Assembly: GCA_963715195.1 (NCBI GenBank)
Contig: CAVQRT010000007.1
Coordinates: forward strand, 256,001 to 320,000
Length of the DNA: 64,000 nt
Source of the DNA: Thermodesulfovibrionales bacterium
GTDB lineage: Bacteria; Nitrospirota; Thermodesulfovibrionia; Thermodesulfovibrionales; SM23-35
Direction: 5' to 3'
The translations under genes were made by a program, and so were the position numbers. Shown here one piece after another: positions 48,088 to 59,537 of the stretch (positions within the stretch are counted from its first letter, which is position 1; each line of letters begins with the position of its first letter). A model generated the notes under the pieces. That model did no database searches. It worked only from the letters and a program-made list of their open reading frames with translations, and was not told where the DNA came from.

Positions 48088-50847
48088 ATGATTACACTTA
48101 AAATAGACGGCCAGAAAATAACCGTCGGGAAATCATCAACGGTGCTCCATGCAGCACGGAAGCTCAACATTCCCATTCCCACGTTGTGCCACCATCCCGA
48201 ACTGTCACCCTTTGGCGGGTGCAGACTCTGCCTGGTCGAAATAAAAGGTTCTCCCAAACCGGTTGCTTCCTGCTCAACCCTCGTGCGGGACGGTATGGAC
48301 GTTATCACTTCGAGTCCCCGTCTGGAACAACTGAGGAGAACAACACTCGAGCTTATTCTCTCCGATCATCCCAAAGACTGTATGGTCTGCGAAAGAGCCG
48401 GGGATTGCAAGCTCCAGGAACTGGCATATTTTTACGGTATCAGAGAAAACCGTTTTGAGGGCGAACAGAGGTTTTACGAGAAAAAGGATAATAATCCATT
48501 CATCTCGCGAGACATGGAAAAATGCATTCTCTGCGGACAGTGTGTTCGGGTATGTGATGAAATTCAGGGGGTCGGAGCCATTGATTTTGCTTACAGAGGG
48601 ATGAAAACAAAGATCACCCCTGCATTCGAGAAAGACCTTGACTGTGAGTTCTGCGGGCAGTGCGTCGCCGTATGTCCCACCGGTGCACTCACGGGAAAGA
48701 TGTGGGCACGGAGAGGCAGACAGAGTTTCCAAGAAGTCGATACCATCTGTCCTTACTGCGGATGCGGCTGCACCATAACGCTCCATGTCATGAGGAACGA
48801 GGTTATCAGGGTTTCTTCACGCATGGATACCTTTCATGAAGGATGGCTCTGTGCAAAGGGCAGCTTCGGCTATGGATTCATCAACAGTCCTGACCGCCTG
48901 AAAAAACCCTTGATTCGCATTGTACCGAAAGATACTTCTCCGGGGTCTCCTTTCGCCTCCAACCTTAAGCCTCACGCCTCTCACATGCATCCTTCATCCT
49001 TCTTCAAAGAAGTTTCATGGGAAGAAGCGCTTGATTATACAGCAGAACGTCTAAAACAGATCAAAGAACAATACGGGCCTGATTCTATCGGAGGGCTTTC
49101 TTCAGCCCGCTGCACAAATGAGGAAAATTACCTTTTTCAAAAATTTTTTCGTGCCGTTATCGGAACAAACAATATCGATCATTGTGCACGATACTGACAC
49201 AGTTCATCCGTGGCCGGTCTGGCCGCTGTGTTTGGCTCCGGAGCGATGACAAACTCGATACCGGAAATCGTAAACCATGACGTTATCTTTGTCATTGGCT
49301 CAAATACAACAGAGACCCATCCGATTATCGGCCTCAAAATGAAAAAGGCCGTCAGGCAGGGTGCAGATCTCATCGTTGCGGACCCGAGAAAGATTGATCT
49401 TGTCAGATTCTCCCGTTTATGGTTACAGCAGAGACCAGGGACCGATATTGCCCTTCTGAACGCTATCATGCATGTTCTGGTAAAAGAGGATTTGATCGAC
49501 AAGAAATTTATCACGGAGCGTGCGGAGGGCTTTGAAGTCTACAAAGAATCGTTGAGCGAATATACTCCGGAAAAAGGAGCGCTGATCACAGGCGTTCCCA
49601 AGGAAGACATTATCAAAGCGGCTCTTCTCTACGGGAATGCAGTTCGTCCGGGAATCTATTACACCATGGGGATCACCCAGCATACTCATGGAACGGAAAA
49701 CGTCTTTGCAATAGCAAATCTGGCGCTGATGACAGGTAATCTCGGGAGGGAAAGTACAGGAGTCAATCCATTGAGAGGGCAGAACAATGTTCAGGGAGCA
49801 ACGGACATGGGGTGCATACCAGATTTTCTCCCCGGATATCAGAAAACAACGTTGCCCGGTGTCAGGCAAAAGTTTGAAAAAGCATGGGGAGTCCGCCTGC
49901 CTGATACAGTAGGTCTGACCGCAACAGAAATGATCAGAGCAGCTCAGAAGGGAAGCCTGAAAGCACTGTATATTATGGGTGAAAACCCTGTTCTGAGTGA
50001 TCCTGATGTTCATCATACTATGCAGGCACTCAATCAAATGGATCTCCTTGTTGTTCAGGACATTTTCCTTACCGAGACCGCCGCGCTTGCAGATGTTGTT
50101 CTTCCTGCGGCATGTTTTGCCGAAAAGGATGGTACATTCACAAATACTGCGAGAATGGTTCAGCGGGTAAGAAAGGCTCTGGAGCCTCCTGGTGACGCAA
50201 AAGAGGATTCTTATATCATCGTTGAACTGGCAAAGCGTTTCGGTTTTGATATGACATATGACATAATTGAAGATGTATTCAGGGAAGCCGGAAAACTCTG
50301 GCCCGCAGTCGCCGGTATCAGTTACAGGCGGATATCGAAAACAGGTCTTCAGTGGCCGTGCCCGACCCATAACCATCCGGGAACACAGTATCTGTTCAAG
50401 GGTTCTTTTCCCCGGGGGAAGGCTACTTTTAAACCGGTACTGTTTAGACCATCTGAAGAACTACCCGATCCCGAATACCCTTTTTTGCTGTCGACAGGAA
50501 GAAACCTTTTTCATTATCATACGGGTTCAATGACAAGAAGAGTCGCTCCGATTGACCGTATATCGCCCAGGGCATACATTGAGATGCACCCTGATGATGC
50601 ACATGTACTGGGTGTCAGCGACGGAGATGCAGTGCGCGTATCTTCTCGAAGAGGGGTGATAGAGCTTGCTGTTCTCGTTTCCAGTCGTCCTTTAAAAGGC
50701 ATTGTCTTTATCCCTTTCCATTACCGTGAAGCAGCAGCAAATATGCTTACCAATGTTGCGCTCGATCCGATTTCGAAGATTCCTGAACTGAAGGTGTGCG
50801 CGGTCAAAATCGAGCGTATAGCGATTTCCCCTGATATAAAACAGTAA
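48088..50847 (+). CDS. Selenocysteine-containing formate dehydrogenase alpha subunit with NuoG-like Fe-S N-terminus (919 aa, Sec370)
   Basis: ORFs 48088..49197 and 49210..50847 share a frame and are joined by TGA in NIDHCARY-U-HSSSVAGL; CPYCGCGC, LRGQNNVQGA, PELKVCAV. Confidence 0.95.
49198..49230 (+). promoter_or_regulatory. Bacterial SECIS element
   Basis: CACAG...GTGGCC-GGTCT-GGCCGC..CTGTG directly after the UGA; GGTCT apical region as in E. coli fdhF. Confidence 0.88.
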
Positions 50848-50863
50848 AAAGGAGGTGTATACC

Positions 50864-51319
50864 ATGATTAGTATCGATATGTTAAAGCAGCAGGTTCTGC
50901 TGGAGAACATCGATGAGGCGGGACTGAGCAAAATAGCCAAAATAATAAAACAGGTCTCTATCAAAAAAGGGGAACAACTTTTCAAAGAAAAGGACGAAAC
51001 GAGCGGTCTCTGGCTAATCCATTCGGGGAAAATCGAAATATCGAGGATGACCGCTGATGGCTGGAGACAGACCCTTGTTGTCCTGCCCGCAGGTCATTTC
51101 TTTGGAGAACTGTCGATCCTCGAGAACAGAAAGCATGTAGCTTCTGCCACTGCTCTTGAAGATTCTGATCTCCTCCTGATTCCAAAGGAAGACTTCGATA
51201 ATCTGGTGCAGAGGGACTGTGCTTTTGCTCTGCAACTGGTGATAACACTTGCCATCGTTATGAGCAAAAATCTGAGGCGTATGAACGATAAATTTCTCAG
51301 TGCACTAATCAGCTACTGA
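50864..51319 (+). CDS. Stand-alone cyclic nucleotide-binding domain protein
   Basis: KGEQLF, SGKIEI, FFGELSIL...ASATA; no HTH. Confidence 0.88.
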   Translation: MISIDMLKQQVLLENIDEAGLSKIAKIIKQVSIKKGEQLFKEKDETSGLWLIHSGKIEISRMTADGWRQTLVVLPAGHFFGELSILENRKHVASATALEDSDLLLIPKEDFDNLVQRDCAFALQLVITLAIVMSKNLRRMNDKFLSALISY

Positions 51320-51322
51320 AAA

Positions 51323-51411
51323 CAGTAGACAGTTGGTAGTAGGTAGTAGACAGGAAAATATAATATTACATAACATTTTCCCCCTCTGCTACCTGCTATC
51401 TGCTACCTGCT
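51323..51411. repeat. Inverted array of 7-mer tandem repeats (intergenic)
   Basis: CAGTAGA CAGTTGG TAGTAGG TAGTAGA ... CTCTGCT ACCTGCT ATCTGCT ACCTGCT. Confidence 0.75.
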
Positions 51412-51430
51412 AAAAAAAGGGGGTTTTACG

Positions 51431-53194
51431 ATGTCTCTTGATCCAACAAAACAAGCTGACTGGGAGATAGCACAAGCGTCAGAAGCATACATGAAAACTG
51501 TCAACCAGTTGGGCGACGAACTGGGGCTGGCAAAGCATGAACTGCTTCCTCACGGGCATTATATCGCTAAACTCGATTTCAAAAGCATCCTGAACCGCCT
51601 GCATACAAAACCGGACTGCAAGTATATCAACGTAACTGCAATCACACCGACACCCCTCGGGGAAGGGAAATCCACGACCACCATAGGACTTACGCAGGGG
51701 CTTGGCAAGAGAGGGAAAAACGTCATCGCTGCCATACGTCAGCCATCCGGCGGGCCAACAATGAATATCAAAGGATCCGCAGCAGGCGGCGGCCTGTCGC
51801 AGTGCATTCCGCTGACTCCATTTTCACTGGGGCTGACGGGTGATATCAACGCAATCATGAATGCGCATAATCTCGCCATGGTCGCCCTCACTTCAAGAAT
51901 GCAGCATGAGTTCAATTATACCGACGACCAGCTCTCTAAAAGAAAACTGAGGAGACTGAATATTGACCCCCGTTCAGTTGAGATGAAATGGATCATGGAT
52001 TTTTGCGCACAGTCTCTCCGGGAAATCATCATCGGTCTCGGCGGGAAGAATGATGGATTCATGATGCATTCAGGTTTTGCAATCGCCGTTTCGTCAGAAA
52101 TCATGGCAATTCTGGCGGTTTCAAAAGATCTGAAGGACATGCGTGAGAAGATGGGAAAGATTGTCGTTGGATATGACAAAAGCGGAAAACCGGTGACAAC
52201 AGAGGATCTTGAAGTGGCGGGAGCAATGACGGCATGGATGGTCGAGGCGCTCAACCCGAATCTCATGCAGACCATCGAGGGCCAGCCTGTCCTTGTTCAC
52301 GCCGGCCCGTTCGCGAACATTGCCATCGGACAGTCTTCGATCATCGCTGACAGAGTCGGGCTTAAGCTCGGTGATTACCATATTACTGAATCAGGGTTCG
52401 GGGCTGACATAGGGTTCGAAAAATTCTGGAATCTAAAATGCAGATTTTCCGGTCTGAAACCCCTTGCTGCAGTTATTGTCTCGACGATACGGGCGCTGAA
52501 ATGCCACGGTGGTGCGCCGATTCCGGTTCCCGGAAGACCAATGCCGGCAGAATACGGGAGTGAAAATGTCGCATGGGTTGAAAAAGGCTGTGATAACCTC
52601 ATTCACCATATCCATACGGTTAAGAAAGCAGGCATCAACCCGGTTGTCTGCATTAACGCATTCTATACAGACACGGAGAATGAAATTAAGGCCGTCAGAA
52701 GGCTTGCGGAAGGAGCAGGAGCTCGTGTTGCCCTTTCAAAACACTGGCAATTCGGTGGCAACGGAGCTCTGGAACTTGCCGATGCAGTCATTGATGCGTG
52801 CAACGAACCGAATGATTTTCATTTTCTCTACGAACTTTCCACTCCTCTGCGCAACCGCATAGAACTTATTGCCAGTGAAGTTTACGGCGCCGAAGGTGTG
52901 GAGTACTCTCCCGACGCATTGTCAAAAGCAAAAAGAATGGAAGAGGATCCCGAGATTTCGAAACTTGGAACCTGTATGGTCAAAACCCACCTTAGTCTTT
53001 CTGATAATCCAGGGCTGAAGGGTGTTCCAAAAGGATGGAAGCTCTTTGTGCGGGATATTTTGACGTATAAGGGGGCGGGATTTGTCGTCCCGGTTGCGGG
53101 TGCCATTAAACTCATGCCCGGAACAGCTTCAGACCCCGCATTCAGACGTATCGACGTTGATGTCGAAACCGGAAAAGTGAAAGGCCTCTTCTGA
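51431..53194 (+). CDS. fhs: Formate--tetrahydrofolate ligase
   Basis: [48 protein letters not shown]. Confidence 0.97.
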   Translation: MSLDPTKQADWEIAQASEAYMKTVNQLGDELGLAKHELLPHGHYIAKLDFKSILNRLHTKPDCKYINVTAITPTPLGEGKSTTTIGLTQGLGKRGKNVIAAIRQPSGGPTMNIKGSAAGGGLSQCIPLTPFSLGLTGDINAIMNAHNLAMVALTSRMQHEFNYTDDQLSKRKLRRLNIDPRSVEMKWIMDFCAQSLREIIIGLGGKNDGFMMHSGFAIAVSSEIMAILAVSKDLKDMREKMGKIVVGYDKSGKPVTTEDLEVAGAMTAWMVEALNPNLMQTIEGQPVLVHAGPFANIAIGQSSIIADRVGLKLGDYHITESGFGADIGFEKFWNLKCRFSGLKPLAAVIVSTIRALKCHGGAPIPVPGRPMPAEYGSENVAWVEKGCDNLIHHIHTVKKAGINPVVCINAFYTDTENEIKAVRRLAEGAGARVALSKHWQFGGNGALELADAVIDACNEPNDFHFLYELSTPLRNRIELIASEVYGAEGVEYSPDALSKAKRMEEDPEISKLGTCMVKTHLSLSDNPGLKGVPKGWKLFVRDILTYKGAGFVVPVAGAIKLMPGTASDPAFRRIDVDVETGKVKGLF

Positions 53195-53198
53195 GATC

Positions 53199-54131
53199 AT
53201 GAAAAAAGTCGGATTTATCTATGATGACATATTTCTGAAGCATGAGATGCCTCCCGGTCATCCGGAATCGCCGCAGAGGCTGATCGCAATCCTTGAAACC
53301 CTGAAAGCATCGGAATGCTGGGACCGGCTCATCCATATCAAACCGAGACGGGCAGGCGATGAAGACATCCTCGCTGTGCATACCGGCGATTACCTGAAGA
53401 GAATGCAAAACTTTACCGGCTTTTACGATGGAGATACCTATATCTCCGAACACACTTTTGAGGCTGCCCTGTTTGCTGCTGGAGCCCTTATTGAGGCAAT
53501 AGGCCGGTGCAAAAACGGTGAAATCGAAAGGGCATTCTGCGCCGTCCGCCCGCCCGGCCACCATGCCGAAGCAGATGCCGCGATGGGCTTCTGCATATTC
53601 AACAATATTGCGATCGGAGCCCGCTATGCCCAGAAGGCCGGATACCGGAAAGTCTTCATCGTGGACTTCGACGTTCATCACGGTAACGGAACACAGCACA
53701 TCTTTGAGGATGACGACTCGGTCTTCTATTTCAGCACCCACCAGTACCCTCATTATCCGGGAACCGGAAGTGATGGAGAGAGAGGAACGGGCAAAGGAGA
53801 AGGGTATACCTATAACATTCCCATGCCCTACGGCACGGGAGACAAGGATTTCTTTGTTGCCTATCGCGATATCCTGCCCCGACTTGTAAAAAACTTCCGT
53901 CCTGACATCATACTGGTATCAGCCGGTTATGACATCCTTCTTCAGGACCCCCTTTCCGGGTTTAAAGTGACGAGTGAAGGAATGCGGAGCATCATACGGG
54001 GAATCCTCCTGCGCTCTACTGCCACATACCTTCCGCCGCTTCCATATGTCTTTGCTCTCGAGGGAGGATACGACCTCAAAGCCCTCGGTGATTCAGTCCT
54101 TCAGACAATAAAAGAATTGCTTGAACCTTAG
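53199..54131 (+). CDS. Zn-dependent deacetylase (HDAC/AcuC-like)
   Basis: HPE, RPPGHHA, GFCIFNN, DFDVHHGNGT, LEGGY. Confidence 0.93.
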   Translation: MKKVGFIYDDIFLKHEMPPGHPESPQRLIAILETLKASECWDRLIHIKPRRAGDEDILAVHTGDYLKRMQNFTGFYDGDTYISEHTFEAALFAAGALIEAIGRCKNGEIERAFCAVRPPGHHAEADAAMGFCIFNNIAIGARYAQKAGYRKVFIVDFDVHHGNGTQHIFEDDDSVFYFSTHQYPHYPGTGSDGERGTGKGEGYTYNIPMPYGTGDKDFFVAYRDILPRLVKNFRPDIILVSAGYDILLQDPLSGFKVTSEGMRSIIRGILLRSTATYLPPLPYVFALEGGYDLKALGDSVLQTIKELLEP

Positions 54132-54198
54132 CTTCTTTCTGCCTTGTTTGCTTCAGGTTGATTTTTCCCTCATTGAAATAATATAATTCTTTTTAATT

Positions 54199-55521
54199 AT
54201 GAGGTATAAGAAGATAATCTTAAAGAAAAAGTTTATCTTTGTCACAGTTCTGTTAACTTTTCTTGTCACATTTTTCTTCTGCACGGACGTCTTCACTGAT
54301 GAAAAGAAAACCAAAGTTCTGGTCATAAGCATCAGCGGCGTCATCAACCCGGTCTCAGCAGAATTTATCGGGAAAAGTATCGGAAAAGCTCAGGAAAAAG
54401 AGGCTGAAGCTCTCGTGATCGAACTTGATACTCCGGGCGGTCTTGATACTTCGATGAGAAGCAGTGTGAAAGACATAATCGGAAGCGAGGTGCCTGTTGT
54501 CGTATTCGTTTCCCCAAGCGGAAGCAGGGCAGCCTCTGCCGGAGTTTTTCTGACGCTTGCCGCCCATATCGCGGCAATGGCTCCCGGCACCAATATCGGA
54601 GCCGCCCATCCCGTCGGCATCGGAGAGAAGATGGACAAAACCATGGCCGAGAAGGCTACAAATGATGCAGCGGCCTATATCAAATCGCTCGCCGAACGGC
54701 GCGGGAGAAATGCCCAATGGGCTGAGAATGCCGTCAGGAAAAGCATATCCGCGACGGAAAGCGAGGCGCTCAAAGAACATGTCATAGACCTTGTTACAAA
54801 GGATATTATGTCACTTCTCTCCGACATCGACGGCATGCACGTTCAGACTGCTTTTGGGGAAAAAAAGCTGAGAACAAAGAATGCGATGGTAATACGGGAG
54901 GAACTGGGGCTCAGACACAAAATTCTGAATCTGATTTCAGATCCGAACATTGCCTATGTTCTCATGCTCCTTGGCTTTTACGGCCTGTTCTTTGAACTCA
55001 CCAATCCGGGGTCTCTGTTCCCGGGCGTTATCGGGGGTATTTGCCTCATTCTCGCTTTCTATGCATTTCAGACTCTGCCGGTCAATTATGCCGGCCTTCT
55101 GTTGATCATCCTCGCGCTGATCCTCTTCATTCTCGAGATCAAGATCACATCCCACGGCATACTGACAATCGGGGGGATCATAGCAATGATTATCGGCTCA
55201 CTGATGCTGTTCGAATCTCCTGCTCCGTTTATGAAACTCTCCCTCACGCTCGTTCTGCCCGCTGTCCTCATCACCGCCCTCTTCTTTTCCGTGACCCTAG
55301 CTCTTGCATTTAAGGCACACCGGAGAAAACCGGTGACCGGGGCTGAGGGTCTCATCGGTGAACCCGGTATTGCCGATACAGATATCACCAGGGATGGCGG
55401 CATGGTTTTCCTGCATGGAGAGATATGGTCTGCATACTCGGAAGAACCGATATCAAAGGGAACCAGAATAACTGTTGACACGGTATCGGGGCTGAAAGTA
55501 AAGGTAAGGAAATCTCAGTGA
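54199..55521 (+). CDS. NfeD-type membrane-bound serine protease
   Basis: LDTPGG, AASAG, TNIGAA, C-terminal GEIWSA OB-fold; upstream of stomatin. Confidence 0.93.
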   Translation: MRYKKIILKKKFIFVTVLLTFLVTFFFCTDVFTDEKKTKVLVISISGVINPVSAEFIGKSIGKAQEKEAEALVIELDTPGGLDTSMRSSVKDIIGSEVPVVVFVSPSGSRAASAGVFLTLAAHIAAMAPGTNIGAAHPVGIGEKMDKTMAEKATNDAAAYIKSLAERRGRNAQWAENAVRKSISATESEALKEHVIDLVTKDIMSLLSDIDGMHVQTAFGEKKLRTKNAMVIREELGLRHKILNLISDPNIAYVLMLLGFYGLFFELTNPGSLFPGVIGGICLILAFYAFQTLPVNYAGLLLIILALILFILEIKITSHGILTIGGIIAMIIGSLMLFESPAPFMKLSLTLVLPAVLITALFFSVTLALAFKAHRRKPVTGAEGLIGEPGIADTDITRDGGMVFLHGEIWSAYSEEPISKGTRITVDTVSGLKVKVRKSQ

Positions 55522-55576
55522 AGAGATCTTCAGCATATTTTCACACGATTCACCAAGCGTAAAAAAGGAGGTATCT

Positions 55577-56377
55577 ATGCCGTTAGCACCGTCTTTTATA
55601 AGTTCTCTCCTGATCGTATTCCTCGTTGTCTATTTTCTCTCGAGTGCGATAAAGATTCTAAAGGAATATGAGAGAGGTGTTGTATTCAGACTCGGAAGAA
55701 TTATCCCTGTCAAAGGGCCCGGATTAGTCATTATCTGGCCCATTATTGACAAACTGGTAAGAGTAAGCCTTCGAATCGTCACCATGGACGTTCCGTCACA
55801 GGACATTATAACGAAAGATAATATTACGGTAAAAGTCAACGCTGTAGTCTATTTCAGAGTTATGGCCCCGATAAAGGCAATAACAGAAGTTGAAGATTTT
55901 TATTTTGCAACATCACAGATAGCACAAACAACGCTCAGAAGCATACTCGGCCAGAGTCAGCTTGACGACCTTCTTACGAAAAGGGAAGATTTGAATGCCG
56001 AACTGCAGAAGGTCATAGACTTTCAGACAGAGCCATGGGGAATCAAAGTCACTGCAGTCGAAGTCAAGAATGTTGACCTGCCCGAAGAGATGCAGAGGGC
56101 AATAGCAAAACAGGCGGAGGCAGAGCGGGAAAGAAGGGCAAAGGTCATCCACGCTGAGGGAGAATTTCAGGCTTCTCAGAAACTTGCAGATGCAGCAAAC
56201 ATCATTGCGACAGCTCCGTCGGCATTGCAGCTCAGGTTTCTTCAAACACTCACCGAAATCGCAACAGAAAAGAATTCAACCATCATCTTTCCGGTGCCGA
56301 TAGACCTGTTGAGACCATTTCTGGAAAAACATGAAGTCAAGATTCCCGAGAGCACTCGCATACAGGGAACCTCATAA
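55577..56377 (+). CDS. Stomatin/SPFH family protein
   Basis: [34 protein letters not shown]. Confidence 0.95.
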   Translation: MPLAPSFISSLLIVFLVVYFLSSAIKILKEYERGVVFRLGRIIPVKGPGLVIIWPIIDKLVRVSLRIVTMDVPSQDIITKDNITVKVNAVVYFRVMAPIKAITEVEDFYFATSQIAQTTLRSILGQSQLDDLLTKREDLNAELQKVIDFQTEPWGIKVTAVEVKNVDLPEEMQRAIAKQAEAERERRAKVIHAEGEFQASQKLADAANIIATAPSALQLRFLQTLTEIATEKNSTIIFPVPIDLLRPFLEKHEVKIPESTRIQGTS

Positions 56378-56529
56378 AGGATATTCAGACGATGGCATAC
56401 ATCAGCTGGGAAACCATCCATGAACAAAAAATGGAAGGGGAGTAGAGAGTGTAGAGCATTCATAAAAGAATGGAACCCGGACGTTTTGCCCGTACACAGA
56501 ATATAGAAAAAATATGAGGGGGAGGACTC

Positions 56530-57810
56530 ATGGAACACGTATATATCGACCGGCCGTATGATATGAGGAGACATGAGCGGACGCCATCCGCACAACCGAT
56601 TCATTACCTGGTCAGCATGATCGAAGCAAAAAACCGGACGTGGCTCTCCTGTAAAGGCCAGCTTCTCGATATCAGTGAAGCAGGGATCTGTATTCAGACC
56701 AATCATCCGCTCTCTCCAGGCAACATTGTATGGTTTAATGGAACCTCAGAAGAAAAGGCAGGTTTTGTCCGATGGTGCCGCCGGCTTGACAGCACATACA
56801 AGATCGGCATTGAGCTGGATAAAACCCATATCAGGAAGCTCGACGAGGCGACCGATACATTCATGAAAACTCTGAAACAGATCGAGGAACAGTGCTCGGA
56901 TCATGCAGAAAATCCTGATGAGATATTACGCAAGGTCCAGCAAGCAGTCGACGGTGTCTGCATTGCCTGCGAGACTTTCGAGAAAGAGATCGGGGACAAG
57001 GACGTCATTCGTGATTCGCAGGTCAGGTTTCGCGAAAAAACCAATTCCATCCTCTCAAAAAGCTATTGCATAAACCGGGCCCGTACCTGGCCGCAGGGCT
57101 ACCAGGGCGATTACAAGACCCTTGAAGGCATATACCGGAACACCCCCCTTTCAGAGGGAATCGGCTACTATCTTGATCTGTGGGGCTTGAATGTTTCCCT
57201 TGCCGCAGCCGTGAGGAACAGGATAAAGAAACTCGAAACGCTCTTGCGGGATGAACTCCGGCAGAGGATGTTTCCGTCCGTCATGAACATCGCCTGCGGT
57301 TCGTGCAGGGAAGTTTTCGAATTGGCCACTGACATAGCAAAATCAGGCGCCAGATTTACCTGTATTGATCTGGACGACGATGCGCTCGCCTTTTCCGCAA
57401 ACCGTCTGTCGTTTACTCCCATCTCACCCCTGACGTCCGATCAGGTGGTGATGAGGAAATACAATGCGGTGAGGATGTTCGATCACGAGCTGAACCTGCA
57501 GGAATTCGGTATGCAGGATATCATTTACAGTGTTGGTTTTTTTGATTATCTGCCGACCGATTTTCTTATCAATCTGTTCAGGTCTCTGTATGCGCTTCTC
57601 AAACCGGGAGGAAAGCTCATTGCTTCTTTCAAAGATGTCTCCCGCTACCGGTATCAGGAATATCACTGGATATTTGATTGGGATGGCTTCCTCCAGCGGA
57701 CTGAAGAGGATTTCAGACGTATCCTGTCCGATGCAGGCATGCCCGATTCTTCGATTTACGAAACACGCGAAGAATCAGGGGTGATCGTCTTCTACATAGC
57801 TACGAAATAG
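56530..57810 (+). CDS. PilZ domain fused to class I SAM-dependent methyltransferase
   Basis: RRHER (RxxxR), DISEAG (DxSxxG), VRW..IGIEL; WPQGYQGDY; NIACGSCRE motif I; IDLD; DIIYSVGFFDYL; LKPGG. Confidence 0.85.
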   Translation: MEHVYIDRPYDMRRHERTPSAQPIHYLVSMIEAKNRTWLSCKGQLLDISEAGICIQTNHPLSPGNIVWFNGTSEEKAGFVRWCRRLDSTYKIGIELDKTHIRKLDEATDTFMKTLKQIEEQCSDHAENPDEILRKVQQAVDGVCIACETFEKEIGDKDVIRDSQVRFREKTNSILSKSYCINRARTWPQGYQGDYKTLEGIYRNTPLSEGIGYYLDLWGLNVSLAAAVRNRIKKLETLLRDELRQRMFPSVMNIACGSCREVFELATDIAKSGARFTCIDLDDDALAFSANRLSFTPISPLTSDQVVMRKYNAVRMFDHELNLQEFGMQDIIYSVGFFDYLPTDFLINLFRSLYALLKPGGKLIASFKDVSRYRYQEYHWIFDWDGFLQRTEEDFRRILSDAGMPDSSIYETREESGVIVFYIATK

Positions 57811-57823
57811 ACCGGAATGCACT

Positions 57824-59056
57824 ATGGGTAAGAACATCGTTATCACCGGCATCGGCATCGTATCACCCGTTGGAACGGGAAGAAACAATTACTGGGATGC
57901 CATCTTTCAGGGAAAATCCGGGTTCAGGCCGATAACCGTCTTTGATGCTTCATCGTTCACGGTATCTCTTGCCGGTGAGATACCTGACTTTGATCCTATT
58001 ACTTTTCTCGGCAAAAAAGGATTGCGGGAACTCGACCGGAGCACAAGACTTCTTACTGTTGCGGCAAAGCTCGCCCTCGAAGATAGCACGCTCGTGATAA
58101 CAGACGAGAACGCTCCTTTTACCGGAGTCGCAATCGGAACCACATTCGGAAGCCTCCATAGTATCTTTCAGTTCGACCGTGTAGGCCTCACCGATGGTCC
58201 CCGCTTGGTTAACCCGTCACACTTCCCGAACACGGTTATCAATTCTCCTGCAAGCAGGGTTTCTATACGCTTCGGATTAAAAGGATTTAACACCACCATA
58301 TCGACAGGATTCTGTGCAGGCATCGACGCTGTTTCCTATGCATCTGATTTTATCAGATTAAACAGGGCTGACATCGTTTTGACCGGTGGTGTCGAAGAAT
58401 TGTGTGAGGAGACCTTTATGGGTTTTTCCAGGCTCGGATATCTGTCGGGGTCGGATCATTCAGACCCACTCTGCTGCCCTTTTGATGGTCGAAGAAACGG
58501 AACAATACTTTCCGAAGGTGCCGGAGTTATTGTCCTTGAAGATGAAGATCATGCCGTAAAGAGAGGTGTTTCTATTCTAGCAAAAATAGCAGGCTACGGA
58601 AATGCCTTTGATCCGTCAGCAGACAAGGGTTTCAGCCATACAGGGTCAGGATTAAAGAAGGCGATTGCATATGCTCTGAAAGAATCCTCTCTCACCACTC
58701 GCGATATTCAGTATATCTCTGCCAGTGCCAATTCAACACCAGGCTTAGACAGGATGGAAACAGAGATAATTAAAGCCGTGTTTGGTGAACGGGCTTTCTC
58801 CATCCCGGTTAGTTCTATCAAATCAATGGTCGGTGAGACGTTCTCCGCCTCCGGTGCATTCGCTGTAGCTGCAGCAGTCGGTGCGATACAGCATGGGATT
58901 ATTCCACCGACGGTAAATTACCGTGAAAAAGATCCCTCATGCGACCTCGATTACGTTCCAAACAAGGCAAGGGCATCAGAGATAAAACACGTTCTTGTCA
59001 TATCGTCTGATCCGTATGGAAACAACTCTGCAATTATTGTAGGGAAATATGAGTAA
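57824..59056 (+). CDS. Non-catalytic ketosynthase homolog (chain-length-factor-like)
   Basis: FabF fold, but STGFCAG, ISASANST and KSMVGET replace STAC, AHGTxT and KSMxGH. Confidence 0.85.
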   Translation: MGKNIVITGIGIVSPVGTGRNNYWDAIFQGKSGFRPITVFDASSFTVSLAGEIPDFDPITFLGKKGLRELDRSTRLLTVAAKLALEDSTLVITDENAPFTGVAIGTTFGSLHSIFQFDRVGLTDGPRLVNPSHFPNTVINSPASRVSIRFGLKGFNTTISTGFCAGIDAVSYASDFIRLNRADIVLTGGVEELCEETFMGFSRLGYLSGSDHSDPLCCPFDGRRNGTILSEGAGVIVLEDEDHAVKRGVSILAKIAGYGNAFDPSADKGFSHTGSGLKKAIAYALKESSLTTRDIQYISASANSTPGLDRMETEIIKAVFGERAFSIPVSSIKSMVGETFSASGAFAVAAAVGAIQHGIIPPTVNYREKDPSCDLDYVPNKARASEIKHVLVISSDPYGNNSAIIVGKYE

Positions 59057-59099
59057 ATAGTGTTAAGGATTTTTAATACAGGCAGTTCACGGAGAGGTA

Positions 59100-59537
59100 A
59101 TGATGGAACTTGATTTTGAACAGATTAAAAAAGTCATACCGCAGCGGTTTCCTTTCATCATGATCGACAGAGTCATCAATGTGAATCCGGGGAAAGAAGC
59201 CACAGCAATAAAAAATGTATCAGGAAATGACATATTTTTTCTCGGCCATTTCCCTGAGAAAGCGATCATGCCGGGCGTTGCCCTGATCGAGGCAATGGCC
59301 CAGACAGCCATTATTCTGTTCGGTGCAGGAGAAAATGCAGCCTCAGGAGATACTCTCTATTTTCTCGGTTCGGTCAAGGCACGCTTTTATCATCCGGTAG
59401 TGCCGGGTGACTGCATGACAATCAAAGCGGTCAACGTAAAATCCCTGCCCTCTGGTGCATATGTGACAGCCGAAGCAACGGTCGATGACAGGAAAGTATC
59501 AGAGGCAGAACTTGTCTTCAGTGTGAAAAATGAATAA
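59100..59537 (+). CDS. 3-hydroxyacyl-ACP dehydratase (FabZ-like)
   Basis: PQRFPF..IDRV, FLGHFP...MPGVALIEAMAQ, V.PGD. Confidence 0.93.
   Translation: MMELDFEQIKKVIPQRFPFIMIDRVINVNPGKEATAIKNVSGNDIFFLGHFPEKAIMPGVALIEAMAQTAIILFGAGENAASGDTLYFLGSVKARFYHPVVPGDCMTIKAVNVKSLPSGAYVTAEATVDDRKVSEAELVFSVKNE

Noticed and set aside
49195..49197. FdhA as a nonsense pseudogene
   Set aside because: The TGA is at the catalytic Cys/Sec position and is followed by a SECIS hairpin.
56395..56495. Sigma54 promoter upstream of the PilZ-methyltransferase operon
   Set aside because: The TGGCA/TGGAAC candidates do not give the required GG-N10-GC spacing.
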